Shown piece by piece: positions 1-8,229 of a stretch of 21,671 nt of DNA. Source of the DNA: Pseudomonadota bacterium (lineage in GTDB: Bacteria; Bdellovibrionota_B; Oligoflexia; Oligoflexales; CAIYRB01); NCBI GenBank assembly GCA_031416315.1, contig JANOTL010000007.1:1-21671 (forward strand). Direction: 5' to 3'. The position numbers and the translations under genes were made by a program. How positions within the stretch are numbered: the stretch's first letter is position 1; every line of letters starts with the position of its first letter. Under the pieces are notes generated by a model, which was not told the origin of the DNA, ran no database searches, and saw only the letters and a list, made by a program, of their open reading frames with translations.

Positions 1-145
1 TTCCCTGCTCGCTGCGCCCTGGTCAGTTGCCGCAGATTGAAGCCGAGGACAGAGGCGTACCCGGCGGCCAGTGTTGCCGCGTCGCTCTGCATGCGACTTC
101 TTCCGAGCTGCCCCCCATGATGGTGCCGGGAAGCGGCGGCGCAGG

Positions 146-179
146 TGTCATCGCCGAGATCCCTCGCTCCGCTCGGGAT
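146..179. repeat. Half copy of a REP-like palindromic repeat (GAGATCCCTCGCTCCGCTCGGGAT type)
   Basis: 156-179 reads GAGATCCCTCGCTCCGCTCGGGAT, preceded by TGTCATC at 146-152. This resembles the widespread TGTCATCCCGAGCGAAGCGAGGGATCTC...GAGATCCCTCGCTTCGCTCGGGATGACA intergenic repeat family (recalled, not searched). The left arm appears truncated. Confidence 0.55.
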
Positions 180-208
180 AGACCCTGGCGCTTTCGCGCC
201 AGGGTCTA
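179..208. repeat. Perfect 13-bp hairpin
   Basis: TAGACCCTGGCGC (179-191), loop TTTC, GCGCCAGGGTCTA (196-208). No U-tract follows on either strand. Confidence 0.8.
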
Positions 209-327
209 AGTAGCGCGCCTCGGCCCCGAGCCTCGCGGACTTTCCCGGACCACCCCGGTCTTCGAGCGTGGACAGAGGCGAGCGGCATTCAGCAAAGAGT
301 TCTCACCGCCGGCAGGCGGCTTACTAT

Positions 328-548
328 TCCCTCGGCGCCCTCGGCTCTTCCGCGTCCTCGGCGGTCTCCTGAAGGCTACGCACAACTCGTCTGACCCGCG
401 GCTTCACCGCCGAGAAGTTGATGATGAGTCCCGCTTCGATCGACGTTGCCTTCAGGCGCCGATGCTCCGCTCGGCTATGTGACGATGTGGTGCGTCGGCA
501 AAGCGGTCTGGACCGCCGAGGCGCGGAGGAGCCGAGGGCGCCGAAGGA
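328..548. repeat. ~39-bp imperfect inverted repeat pair bracketing a 144-bp core
   Basis: 328-366 TCCCTCGGCGCCCTCGGCTCTTCCGCGTCCTCGGCGGTC matches the reverse complement of 511-548 (TCCTTCGGCGCCCTCGGCTCCTCCGCGCCTCGGCGGTC) with 2 mismatches and 1 indel. The arms are built from ~9-nt GCCGAGG-containing subunits. Confidence 0.9.
367..510 (-). pseudogene. Internally deleted remnant of a GxxExxY (PD-(D/E)XK-like nuclease) family gene
   Basis: The minus strand encodes LKATSIEAGLIINFSAVKPRVRRVV (from 455 downwards), matching the GxxExxY C-terminal pattern YLKATG..GLLINF....L.VKR. Immediately upstream, in another frame, AERSIGA (475-455) resembles the N-terminal TERIIGA motif. The GxxExxY core itself is absent. 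Confidence 0.65.
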
Positions 549-580
549 GTTTCCATGGGGGCCGACGCAGATCCAAACCC

Positions 581-1114
581 TCAGGCGTGGAAGTAGCCGA
601 TGCCCGCTAGGAGCCCGTTGCCGATGGCGGCCATCGCGCCGCGATACGCCCGAGTGACGCCTGCGGTACCGGCCTCGGTCCGAGCGAAAGCCTCGTAGTC
701 CAAGTCGGACTCGTCGTCCCTGCTCGAGACGTTCGCGACATCGGCTGCGAGACGGATGATCTCTGCATGCGAGTGGGCTTTGTGGATGAACTTTCGGACG
801 CAAGCCGGGTAACTGGCGCCGGTTTCGAACCACCATTGCGAGCTCGAGCTCACGATCGCGACGGGCACCGCCCCAAAAAAGAGGTTCAGGAACGTCGCGA
901 CCGAGGTGCCGTCGACGGCGCCCAGATTGTAGTCGATGAGCGCCACGTCGTAGGACTCGACGTGGCGCATGCGCGCCAAGTCGCCGATCGAGGCGCAATG
1001 GTGGAGGACGGCGCCGGCTCGACGCGCGCTTTGCTGCATGATCTGCGCGAAGACCAGATCGTCGTCGACCAGTAAAATGTTCAAGGTGGGCCGGGCGGCG
1101 GAGAGTGGTGACAT
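581..1114 (-). CDS. Response regulator receiver (CheY-like) domain protein with short C-terminal extension, 177 aa
   Basis: NILLVDDD acidic pocket, LIDYNL phosphoacceptor Asp, DG, VAIVSS and FIHK conserved Lys. AGGAG RBS at 1125-1121. Confidence 0.85.
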   Translation of the reverse strand: MSPLSAARPTLNILLVDDDLVFAQIMQQSARRAGAVLHHCASIGDLARMRHVESYDVALIDYNLGAVDGTSVATFLNLFFGAVPVAIVSSSSQWWFETGASYPACVRKFIHKAHSHAEIIRLAADVANVSSRDDESDLDYEAFARTEAGTAGVTRAYRGAMAAIGNGLLAGIGYFHA

Positions 1115-1367
1115 AGAAGTCTCCTAGTTTGCGTGGAGTCGAGCGACACACCTCCTCTTCGAGCGCTCGCGTCCGTTTCTTGACCGCCATTTTTAGCCTC
1201 CAATTCCGGTATAGACGCCGAAAAACCGCACTTCTCGGGACCCTGCGCGAAAGCGGCTCGGGCCTTTCTGTCGAGATGATCAGGATCGCCTGCCGCCTAT
1301 AGTCGTTGAGAGCTGCCAATTGACGCCAATTAGACAGTCCACCGTCGGCGCTTCCGCAGCTCCGCGC

Positions 1368-2204
1368 TTAGCAAACCACGTTGTCGTTCCGCTCTCGGCA
1401 TCGGCTCACCTTCTTCGGCACGTACCGCTTCTTTACGTACGACCGCACGAACTTCGCCTCGAAAGCCTCGCTGCTCAATGTGGGCGCGCCGGTTCCGGAC
1501 AATCTGAAGATCGCGATCTGATAGGACGCCGGAGCCATGGCGCTGTCGCTCGATCGCTTAAAAAAGCTACCTTTGTCCATCTCCACCTCATAGCGATCCC
1601 CGCAGCCGCAGAGCACGATTTCCCGCAGGATGACGTCCTCTGGCTTCTGGGTCGCGCGTACCAGCACGTTCTCCGGCGAGACGTGCCAGCTATGCCAAGA
1701 GAAGCCGTCGAGCGTTGCCGGAGCCTCAACTAACCCGTACTCGATCGTATAGGCATTGACCTCGCGGCCGTTGCCGCCGACGCCGTCGCCTTGGATCATG
1801 TCGACCAGGAAGTATTCGCCGGAGCCCGGCGCGGTCTCGTAGACGTTGACCTTGTCCATCATGCCGTGGTTCAGCTCGTATCCATTCATCCTAACGTCGT
1901 ACGTCGCGTCGCCGAAGGCGACGACGGACTCGGGATAAGGATCCACGGCCGGCTTGAACGGGACGTCGTGCCTCGAGGTCGTCCCTAAGATGCTGGACGG
2001 GCGTAGCGGCGCCGCGCTCAACCGGGCGCGCTCGGCGGCGACCGCGGCGTCGCGAGCGGCCGTATTCTCGGCTAAAGCCTTGTCGATCTGCGGCTGCAAG
2101 TCGGCGGGGACCGCCGCGAGGCAGGCCTCGCCGTATTCTGCGTCTTGAGATAGGTCGCCGCAGGCTGCGGTCAGCGCGAGAATGGCCAGGAAACTACGCA
2201 GCAT
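1368..2204 (-). CDS. Hypothetical lipoprotein, 278 aa
   Basis: Start moved to ATG 2204 (MLRSFLAILALTAAC, lipobox) with GGAGG upstream. No recognisable domain. The C-terminal part has several Cys (CGCG...RC...VVC). Confidence 0.75.
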   Translation of the reverse strand: MLRSFLAILALTAACGDLSQDAEYGEACLAAVPADLQPQIDKALAENTAARDAAVAAERARLSAAPLRPSSILGTTSRHDVPFKPAVDPYPESVVAFGDATYDVRMNGYELNHGMMDKVNVYETAPGSGEYFLVDMIQGDGVGGNGREVNAYTIEYGLVEAPATLDGFSWHSWHVSPENVLVRATQKPEDVILREIVLCGCGDRYEVEMDKGSFFKRSSDSAMAPASYQIAIFRLSGTGAPTLSSEAFEAKFVRSYVKKRYVPKKVSRCRERNDNVVC

Positions 2205-2412
2205 GAGTCGTCCCTCCCCCAAAGAGTTCAAACTCCCTTTCGGCCGCGCGCCGCCGAGCTTGGGGCGCGGCGCGAGAACTTCGTATACGGGCGTATTCAG
2301 AAGAGCCGAACGTCCTGAAGCAGAAGCCTTAGCGCCTTTGGAGCAAAGCGAAACCCACGGCGTCATTGGCGACGTCGTGGGCCACTCATACCTTGAGACC
2401 GGAGGCCGTGCC

Positions 2413-3885
2413 TTACGGCGTGTAGCGAATCCGGATCTCGGATTTGTAGCTCGTACCGTCAGCACCGCGCGCCGTAACCTCGACGAGGTTCAAGGTCGAG
2501 ACGCCGGGCTTGCCTTGCAGGACGAAAGGCTGCGTCTCCCAGACCCAGATTGCGGCCTCGGTCGGGTGCGGGCCGAAGAAGTGCAGGCCCAAGTCGGCGC
2601 GCGGATAAGGGTCGACGGTGAGCGTCGCCTTCGCGCTATTGTCGTCGATGCTTGCGGCCGGGAAGAGAACGATCTCTTTCGCCAGCTCGTCGGCGAGCTC
2701 GACCTTGCGGACGCGGGCCGGCGAGCCGGTGACTTGCTCGAGGACTTGCTGCGCGCTCGGCGCCATGTGGCCAAGAAGGATCGCGTTCAGAGTGAGGTTA
2801 TCGACGACCTGACGCATGTGGTTGCCCGCGGCGATGCCGGCTTGCACGGGGTCTGAGCCGCCCGAGGTGGGCTCGCCGTCGGAGATGAAGTAGGAGACCT
2901 TGCGGCCGTAGACGCCGGTCAAGAGGGACTCGGCGGCCGTGAACGCGGCGGTGTAGTTGGTGCTCGAGTCGACTTTACCGAAGCCCAGGAAACCGGAAGG
3001 CCCGTCGATGCCGCCCGGATTGCCCGGGTCGTAGCCAAAGCTCGCGTCCTGGACGACGTACTGGCAGAAGCTGTCTTTGGAGACTTGCGCCTTGAAGGTC
3101 GCGAGATCCGCGATCTTGACGATCTTGTTGGTGACGATGCCGCCCGCGAAGGGGACCATGCCGATCTCGACGATGTCGCCCGGCTTCTTCTCGGCCTCGA
3201 TCTTCGCAAGGATCGCTTGCGCAGAGCGCAGGCGGCCGCAGCTGCCGTCGATTTGAGGATCATTGCCGGGGACCTCGGGAAGGCCCATGCCAGGAACGTG
3301 GCGGCCCATCGAGCCGGAGAAATCGACGACGAAGAGGACGGTCAGCTTGTTCGAGGCTTGCGGACAGAACTTGCCGCGAATCTTGGTGACGACGTGCGAA
3401 GACTCCGGGACTTCGATCTTCGGAAACTCGGGGATCGGCTCCTCGCCGCCCGGCTTCGTCTCGCTCTCCGTGCCGTCCGGCTTGCCGACGGGCTTGCCGT
3501 CGGTGTCGATCTCCGTGTCTTTGCCGAGGAGGCGCAGGCCGTCTGCGCCCGCGAGCTTCAGCTTGCCTTCGTCCTTGCCGCCGCCCGAGCCGCTGCCGGA
3601 GTCGAGGCCGCCGCCGAGGTCGACGATGATGCCCGTCGCGTTCTCGCAGCCGAGCTCGATCACCTTGTCCAGCACTTTGCCGTCGCCGCCGCGCGGACCG
3701 TCGGGGAACTGGGATTTGTTGAGGTCTTGCTCATGCAGGTCGAGCGGGCCCTTCTCGGGATTCAGCTGACCGGTCGCCGGCAGCACGACGCCGCCTCCCG
3801 CCTTCTTGCCGTCGTTACGGCCGAACTGGGCTTGGCTGCAGGAAACTGCCACGAGCGCGAGCGCAGGGAGAATCAGGTTCTTCAT
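2413..3885 (-). CDS. VWA (von Willebrand A) domain lipoprotein, 490 aa
   Basis: Signal and lipobox MKNLILPALALVAVSC from ATG 3885 (GAGG RBS). MIDAS elements VLFVVDFSGSM, STNYTAAF and FISDGEP. Gly/Lys/Glu-rich low-complexity N-terminal region. Confidence 0.88.
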   Translation of the reverse strand: MKNLILPALALVAVSCSQAQFGRNDGKKAGGGVVLPATGQLNPEKGPLDLHEQDLNKSQFPDGPRGGDGKVLDKVIELGCENATGIIVDLGGGLDSGSGSGGGKDEGKLKLAGADGLRLLGKDTEIDTDGKPVGKPDGTESETKPGGEEPIPEFPKIEVPESSHVVTKIRGKFCPQASNKLTVLFVVDFSGSMGRHVPGMGLPEVPGNDPQIDGSCGRLRSAQAILAKIEAEKKPGDIVEIGMVPFAGGIVTNKIVKIADLATFKAQVSKDSFCQYVVQDASFGYDPGNPGGIDGPSGFLGFGKVDSSTNYTAAFTAAESLLTGVYGRKVSYFISDGEPTSGGSDPVQAGIAAGNHMRQVVDNLTLNAILLGHMAPSAQQVLEQVTGSPARVRKVELADELAKEIVLFPAASIDDNSAKATLTVDPYPRADLGLHFFGPHPTEAAIWVWETQPFVLQGKPGVSTLNLVEVTARGADGTSYKSEIRIRYTP

Positions 3886-4040
3886 GGGGGCGACCTCTTG
3901 AGCATCATCTGTGCGAGGGACCTTTTGCAAATTCCCGACCTTTCATAAGTGCCCGTTGTTGCTGGAATTACGGGATGCCGCGCCAGGCTGGAAAATAGCC
4001 ACGTGGAAAAAATCGTCCAAAAGTTCTACAGAGGGCGCCC

Positions 4041-5189
4041 ATGATCAAGCTCTCCCCCCGTCTCCTCCAAGCCTGGCAAGACGCCGTGCTCGCCTTAGCC
4101 CGCTTGCCCCGCGGCTTCGACCGCCAAGGCGCGAGCGCCGGGCAAAAGCTCAGCGCGATCCTGCGCTCGGAGATGGGCGGCATCCACGAGCTGTGGGAGA
4201 TCTTCACGCAAGATCGCGGCGAGCTCGGCAAGTTCCTGGTCGCCAGCAAGCCGCAGGCCGTCGCCTACCTGCTCGGGTTTCACCTGCCGAACTGCGCGCG
4301 CATGCAGCTCGCGTTGACGCGGTTGGAAGAGCGTTACGCGTTCGGGGAGATGCTGAAAGCTGCGACCGGCACGATTATGCTCCACGACATGGGCTGCGGC
4401 TCCGGCGCGATGTCGCACGCGCTGGTCGACTTCGCCACCGCCGCCGGGACGACGGAATCGCGGCTCCATCTGCACGCGAGCGACGTCAGCGGTCTTCTCC
4501 TCGACGCCGCGCGGCAGATTCTCGCCGCCGCCGCGCCGCAGGCGAAGCTCGCGACGCACAAGACGGCGATCGAGCAGCTGCCGGCCGAGCGCTTCGGCCA
4601 CCGCTCCGCCGAGGAGACCTCGATCTACACGCTCGGCTACGTCTACAACGAGCTGACGAAGAACCCGCGCGCGCAGCGGAACTTGCAGAAGATCTTCGAC
4701 CTGCACCGCGAGAAGAACGAAGCCGCGATGATCTTCCTCCTGGAGCCCGGGACGCAGGCGATTAGCCGGGCGGCGATGGAATGGCGCGACGCGATGGTGA
4801 AGAGCGGTTGGGCCGCGCTCTATCCTTGCCCCGCGAGCACGCCGTGTCCGATGCTCGAGCGCACGCGCGACTGGTGCTACAGCGAAGGCGCCTTCGACCG
4901 ACCCCCGCCGGTCCTCCACGTCGACGAAAAATTGGGGACGAACCGCGCGCGCTTCGCGTCGAGCATTTTCGTCCTGGCGACGCCGGCAATGCTTGCCCGG
5001 CTGACCCCGCGGCGCCTTCCGGCCAAGGTCGTCGTCGGCCGGCCGGAGCGTACGCTCCCGAATCCCAAGGCGCCGAAGGCGGGGGACAAGCCGATCGACT
5101 ACCTCCTCTGCGTCGGGACCGAGCTGCAGAAAATGCCGGCGCCGCCGGGCAGAGACTATTTGCCACGCGGCTCCGAGGGGCCGGCCTAA
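4041..5189 (+). CDS. Small ribosomal subunit Rsm22/METTL17-family SAM-dependent methyltransferase-like protein, 382 aa
   Basis: SAM-binding motif HDMGCGSG, AVAYL, VYNEL, LLEPGT, PCP-x3-PCPM-x6-WCY. GAGG RBS. Confidence 0.82.
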   Translation: MIKLSPRLLQAWQDAVLALARLPRGFDRQGASAGQKLSAILRSEMGGIHELWEIFTQDRGELGKFLVASKPQAVAYLLGFHLPNCARMQLALTRLEERYAFGEMLKAATGTIMLHDMGCGSGAMSHALVDFATAAGTTESRLHLHASDVSGLLLDAARQILAAAAPQAKLATHKTAIEQLPAERFGHRSAEETSIYTLGYVYNELTKNPRAQRNLQKIFDLHREKNEAAMIFLLEPGTQAISRAAMEWRDAMVKSGWAALYPCPASTPCPMLERTRDWCYSEGAFDRPPPVLHVDEKLGTNRARFASSIFVLATPAMLARLTPRRLPAKVVVGRPERTLPNPKAPKAGDKPIDYLLCVGTELQKMPAPPGRDYLPRGSEGPA

Positions 5190-5234
5190 GCCCCAAACGC
5201 GCTTTTTCCGATGAGATTCTCGGAGGAAACCGTC

Positions 5235-6929
5235 TTGCGCGTCGCCGTGCTCATAAACTTAGTACTGTTTGCACTCTGCGTGGCGTGCGGCGACGAGCCC
5301 GTGGTCAAGCCGAAGAAGAAAGCCGTCCTGCCCGCGACGACGCCGGCGCCGGCGACGAACATTCCAATGCCCGTCGACGTCGTGATGCCGGCCCTGCCGC
5401 CGGCGCAGCTGGCGCGGCGCGCGAGCTTGGACCTCCTCAATCGCCTGCCGCCGCAAGCAGATGTGGACGCCTTGGTCGCGGACCCGACCAAGCTGATGAC
5501 TCAGCTCGACGCCCAGCTGGATTCGCCGGAAACGCACCGCGTGATCGCCGACATGCACCCGCGCATGTGGCGCCTGAAGGCGAGCGTGCTTCCCGACCTC
5601 GACCGCTACGTGGCCCTCGCGGATCCGACGCTCGGCACCGCGCTGACTTCGGCGACCAAGGTCGAGCTTTTGCGCGAGCCCGCGCTGGCCCTTCGCCTCG
5701 TCCTCGATCTCGGCGCGCCGTTCGCCTCGCTCTTCACCACCGATTACGCGATCCTGCACACCGACGTCGCCGCCCTTCTCGGGCGCACGGGAACGGGCGA
5801 GCCTTGGCCCGGCGAGCCCTACGTCTTCGCGCCGGCGGACGACGGCAGGCCTGCCGGCGGGGTCCTGACGGCGGCCGGCACGCTGGCGGCCTACGATCTG
5901 AAGAGCGACGCGACGACCCTGTCGCGCTCGGCGCGCATCCTGCACACTTTCGGCTGCTACCGCACGGAAGCACGCGAATCGCACTACTTCTACGACTTGA
6001 CCGCGGAGGAGCTCGCCTCCGACCTCAGCGCGCTCGCCGTGACGCGCAAGCCTTGCGCCGGCTGCCACGCGCAGTTTCACGAGGCGGCGCGCGCTTTCGT
6101 CGGCTTCGGCACGGGCGCCACCTTCGCGGAGTGGCGTGCCTACGCGCCGCCCTCCGGGACGACGGCGGGCTTCTTCGCCGGCCGCACGTTCTCCGGGCTG
6201 AGCGGCGCGGGCGGGCTCGCGAAGATGATCGCGGACGATCCGCGGACGCATCGGTGCGAGATCGAGCGCTTGGCCAGCGAGCTTTTCCAGCGGCGTTTCT
6301 CGGCGCTCGACGTCGGCTCGGTGGCGGCGGCGCTCGCGGCCTTCTACGACCATGGCGGAACCTTGAAGCCGGCGCTCCTGGAGCTCCTGCGCGCGCAGGA
6401 TTTCCGCTACGCGGCGGCGCTGCCTTCGGCGAAAGGGCAGCTGGCCTCGGGGATCCGGCTCTTGAAGCGGCAGCAGTGGATCTCGATCCTGCGGCAACTG
6501 GCGCCGGAGACGGCCGCGCTCGAGGTGCCGGACGAGCTCGACCCGGGCGTCTCGGAGGCCGTGACCGACGTCGACCGCGTGCCGACCGGCCTCTACTTCC
6601 GACACGCCGATCGGCTGGCCCGCCAGGCCGCGACGGCGATCGTGAACATCGAGCTGGCGCCGGGCGTGGCGGCGGCGACGCGGCGGGTCCTGATCGCGCT
6701 CCCCGACGGCGTCGGCAATGACGCGACCGACGAGCAGGTCCGCACGCAGATCAAGCGGCTCTGGCAGACCTTGACGAGCACGCCGCTGGAGGACGCGAAC
6801 CCGATCTTGAACGACTTCGTCGAGATGTGGGCGAAGATCGCCCCCGAGAAGACCGAGGCAGATTTCAAGCGCGCCTGGCGCACGATCCTGACCGCGGCGC
6901 TGACGCACCCCTTTTTCCTGACTTACTGA
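5235..6929 (+). CDS. CxxCH-containing lipoprotein resembling DUF1588/DUF1585-type partners of DUF1501 proteins, ~564 aa
   Basis: The likely start is TTG 5235, with GGAGG at 5222-5226 (the ORF track starts at 5211). Lipobox FALCVAC, LARRASLDLL helix, PAGGVLT, CAGCH, LAKMIADDPRTHRC and a C-terminal LTHPFFLTY, which is typical of this gene pair. Confidence 0.75.
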   Translation: MRVAVLINLVLFALCVACGDEPVVKPKKKAVLPATTPAPATNIPMPVDVVMPALPPAQLARRASLDLLNRLPPQADVDALVADPTKLMTQLDAQLDSPETHRVIADMHPRMWRLKASVLPDLDRYVALADPTLGTALTSATKVELLREPALALRLVLDLGAPFASLFTTDYAILHTDVAALLGRTGTGEPWPGEPYVFAPADDGRPAGGVLTAAGTLAAYDLKSDATTLSRSARILHTFGCYRTEARESHYFYDLTAEELASDLSALAVTRKPCAGCHAQFHEAARAFVGFGTGATFAEWRAYAPPSGTTAGFFAGRTFSGLSGAGGLAKMIADDPRTHRCEIERLASELFQRRFSALDVGSVAAALAAFYDHGGTLKPALLELLRAQDFRYAAALPSAKGQLASGIRLLKRQQWISILRQLAPETAALEVPDELDPGVSEAVTDVDRVPTGLYFRHADRLARQAATAIVNIELAPGVAAATRRVLIALPDGVGNDATDEQVRTQIKRLWQTLTSTPLEDANPILNDFVEMWAKIAPEKTEADFKRAWRTILTAALTHPFFLTY

Positions 6930-6937
6930 GAGTGACG

Positions 6938-8227
6938 ATGAAGCCAAAATCAAGACCGCTCATCGACCGCCGGGCCTTCGTGAAGGGCGCGGGCGCCCTA
7001 GGCCTGGGAATGGCTTCGGGCGCGCTTCCGGCCGGCCTCGCCAGCTACGGCCAAGGCGAGGCGATCACGCCCTTTCTCCTCATGATCCACGTCAGCGGCG
7101 GCTGGGACCCGACGATGGTCTTCGACCCGAAGCTGGATTCGCCTTTCTGCGCCAAGGAAGCCGGCGCGGCGCTGGCGGTGGGCTCAGGCGGCCAAACCTA
7201 CGTCGATCACGCGAGCCGCCCCGCGGTGAAGTCCTTCTTCACCGACTACGGCGCCAACGCCGCCATCGTCAACGGGCTGTCGATCGGCTCGATGACGCGG
7301 CGCGGCGCCTTGGTGACGATGCTCGGGACGACGCCGCCCGGAAAGCTCCGGCCGGTGGACTGGCTGTCCTTCTACACGGCATCCTTGAACCCGGTGCTCG
7401 AGATTCCGCACGCCGTGATCAACGCTCCCTACATGCCGGGCGACTACGCCGGCGTCGCGGTGCGGCTGACGACCGACCGGATCAAGCAGGCCGGGACGGC
7501 GCTCGCGGGCGCGGACCCGCTCGGCGAGACGGGGGAAGCGGCGCTGACGCAGTTCCGCTCGACAAGCTATACGCGCACGCTGGAGGCCGCGGGCGAGAAT
7601 CTCGACGGCGAGAAGATGCGCGCCCTGTACTACGGGCAGGCGCGCGAGCCCCTGGTCGAGGCGCGGCTCGTCAAGACGAAGGAAACGCTGGGCCCGGCGG
7701 CCGAGGGCGAGTCCGACTTCATCCGCAACGGCAAGATCGCGGTCGAGCTCTTCGCCTCCGGCGCGAGCCTCTGCGCCACCTTGCAACACGGCGAGGACGG
7801 AGCCTGGGACACGCGCGCGGATCACTACGCCCGCGCGTCGCTTCTGTACGAGGACCTTTTCCGAGGCATCAACGCGATCATGGCGCATGCGAACGCGACG
7901 GGGATCGCCGGGCGCATGATCCTGCTCGTCGTCAGCGACGGCGGGCGCTCGCCGCAGCTCAACACCGCGCAAGGCAAAGGACCGTGGGGCTTCACCTCGA
8001 CTTTGCTCTGGGGCCCTGGGATCGCGCCGGGGATGGTCATCGGGTCGACCGATGCGGCGCTGCGCGGCCTGCCGATCAACCCGATGTTCGGCTCGCAGAT
8101 CGACCAGGACGCCTTGACCGTGGAGATGGCGAACGTCATGGCGGCGATCTACGTGAAGACGAACGTGCCGGTGAAGCTGATCTTGCCCGATACGAAGCCG
8201 CTTTCCCTCGTCTTGACCTCGGAGTGA
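6938..8227 (+). CDS. Tat-exported DUF1501 family protein (divergent), 429 aa
   Basis: Twin-arginine signal DRRAFVKGAGALGLG from ATG 6938. GGWDPTMVFDPK, WDT, S-x-x-GRSP and LLWGPGIAPGMVIGSTD. Begins 8 nt after the upstream stop. Confidence 0.82.
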   Translation: MKPKSRPLIDRRAFVKGAGALGLGMASGALPAGLASYGQGEAITPFLLMIHVSGGWDPTMVFDPKLDSPFCAKEAGAALAVGSGGQTYVDHASRPAVKSFFTDYGANAAIVNGLSIGSMTRRGALVTMLGTTPPGKLRPVDWLSFYTASLNPVLEIPHAVINAPYMPGDYAGVAVRLTTDRIKQAGTALAGADPLGETGEAALTQFRSTSYTRTLEAAGENLDGEKMRALYYGQAREPLVEARLVKTKETLGPAAEGESDFIRNGKIAVELFASGASLCATLQHGEDGAWDTRADHYARASLLYEDLFRGINAIMAHANATGIAGRMILLVVSDGGRSPQLNTAQGKGPWGFTSTLLWGPGIAPGMVIGSTDAALRGLPINPMFGSQIDQDALTVEMANVMAAIYVKTNVPVKLILPDTKPLSLVLTSE

Positions 8228-8229
8228 GC

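Noticed and set aside
324..1319. 331-aa minus-strand ORF
   Set aside because: An Arg-rich alternative frame over the receiver gene. Only its last ~40 codons are meaningful, and these are the GxxExxY remnant and repeat arm.
2351..2381. Hairpin downstream of the VWA gene as a terminator
   Set aside because: The stem has an A-C mismatch on the transcribed strand and only an interrupted U-tract. Possible, but not supportable.
3926..3942. GG-N10-GC spacing upstream of the VWA gene (AAGGTCGGGAATTTGCA, minus strand)
   Set aside because: The -24 element lacks the GGCAC core, so it is too weak to call sigma54.
4781..6953. Long overlapping ORFs (4781-6721 +, 5259-6953 -) and similar ones such as 7184-8458, 13236-14516, 14637-16043 and 16380-18056
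   Set aside because: Shadow ORFs expected in high-GC DNA. They are Arg/Ala/Gly-rich, have no motifs and overlap well-supported genes.
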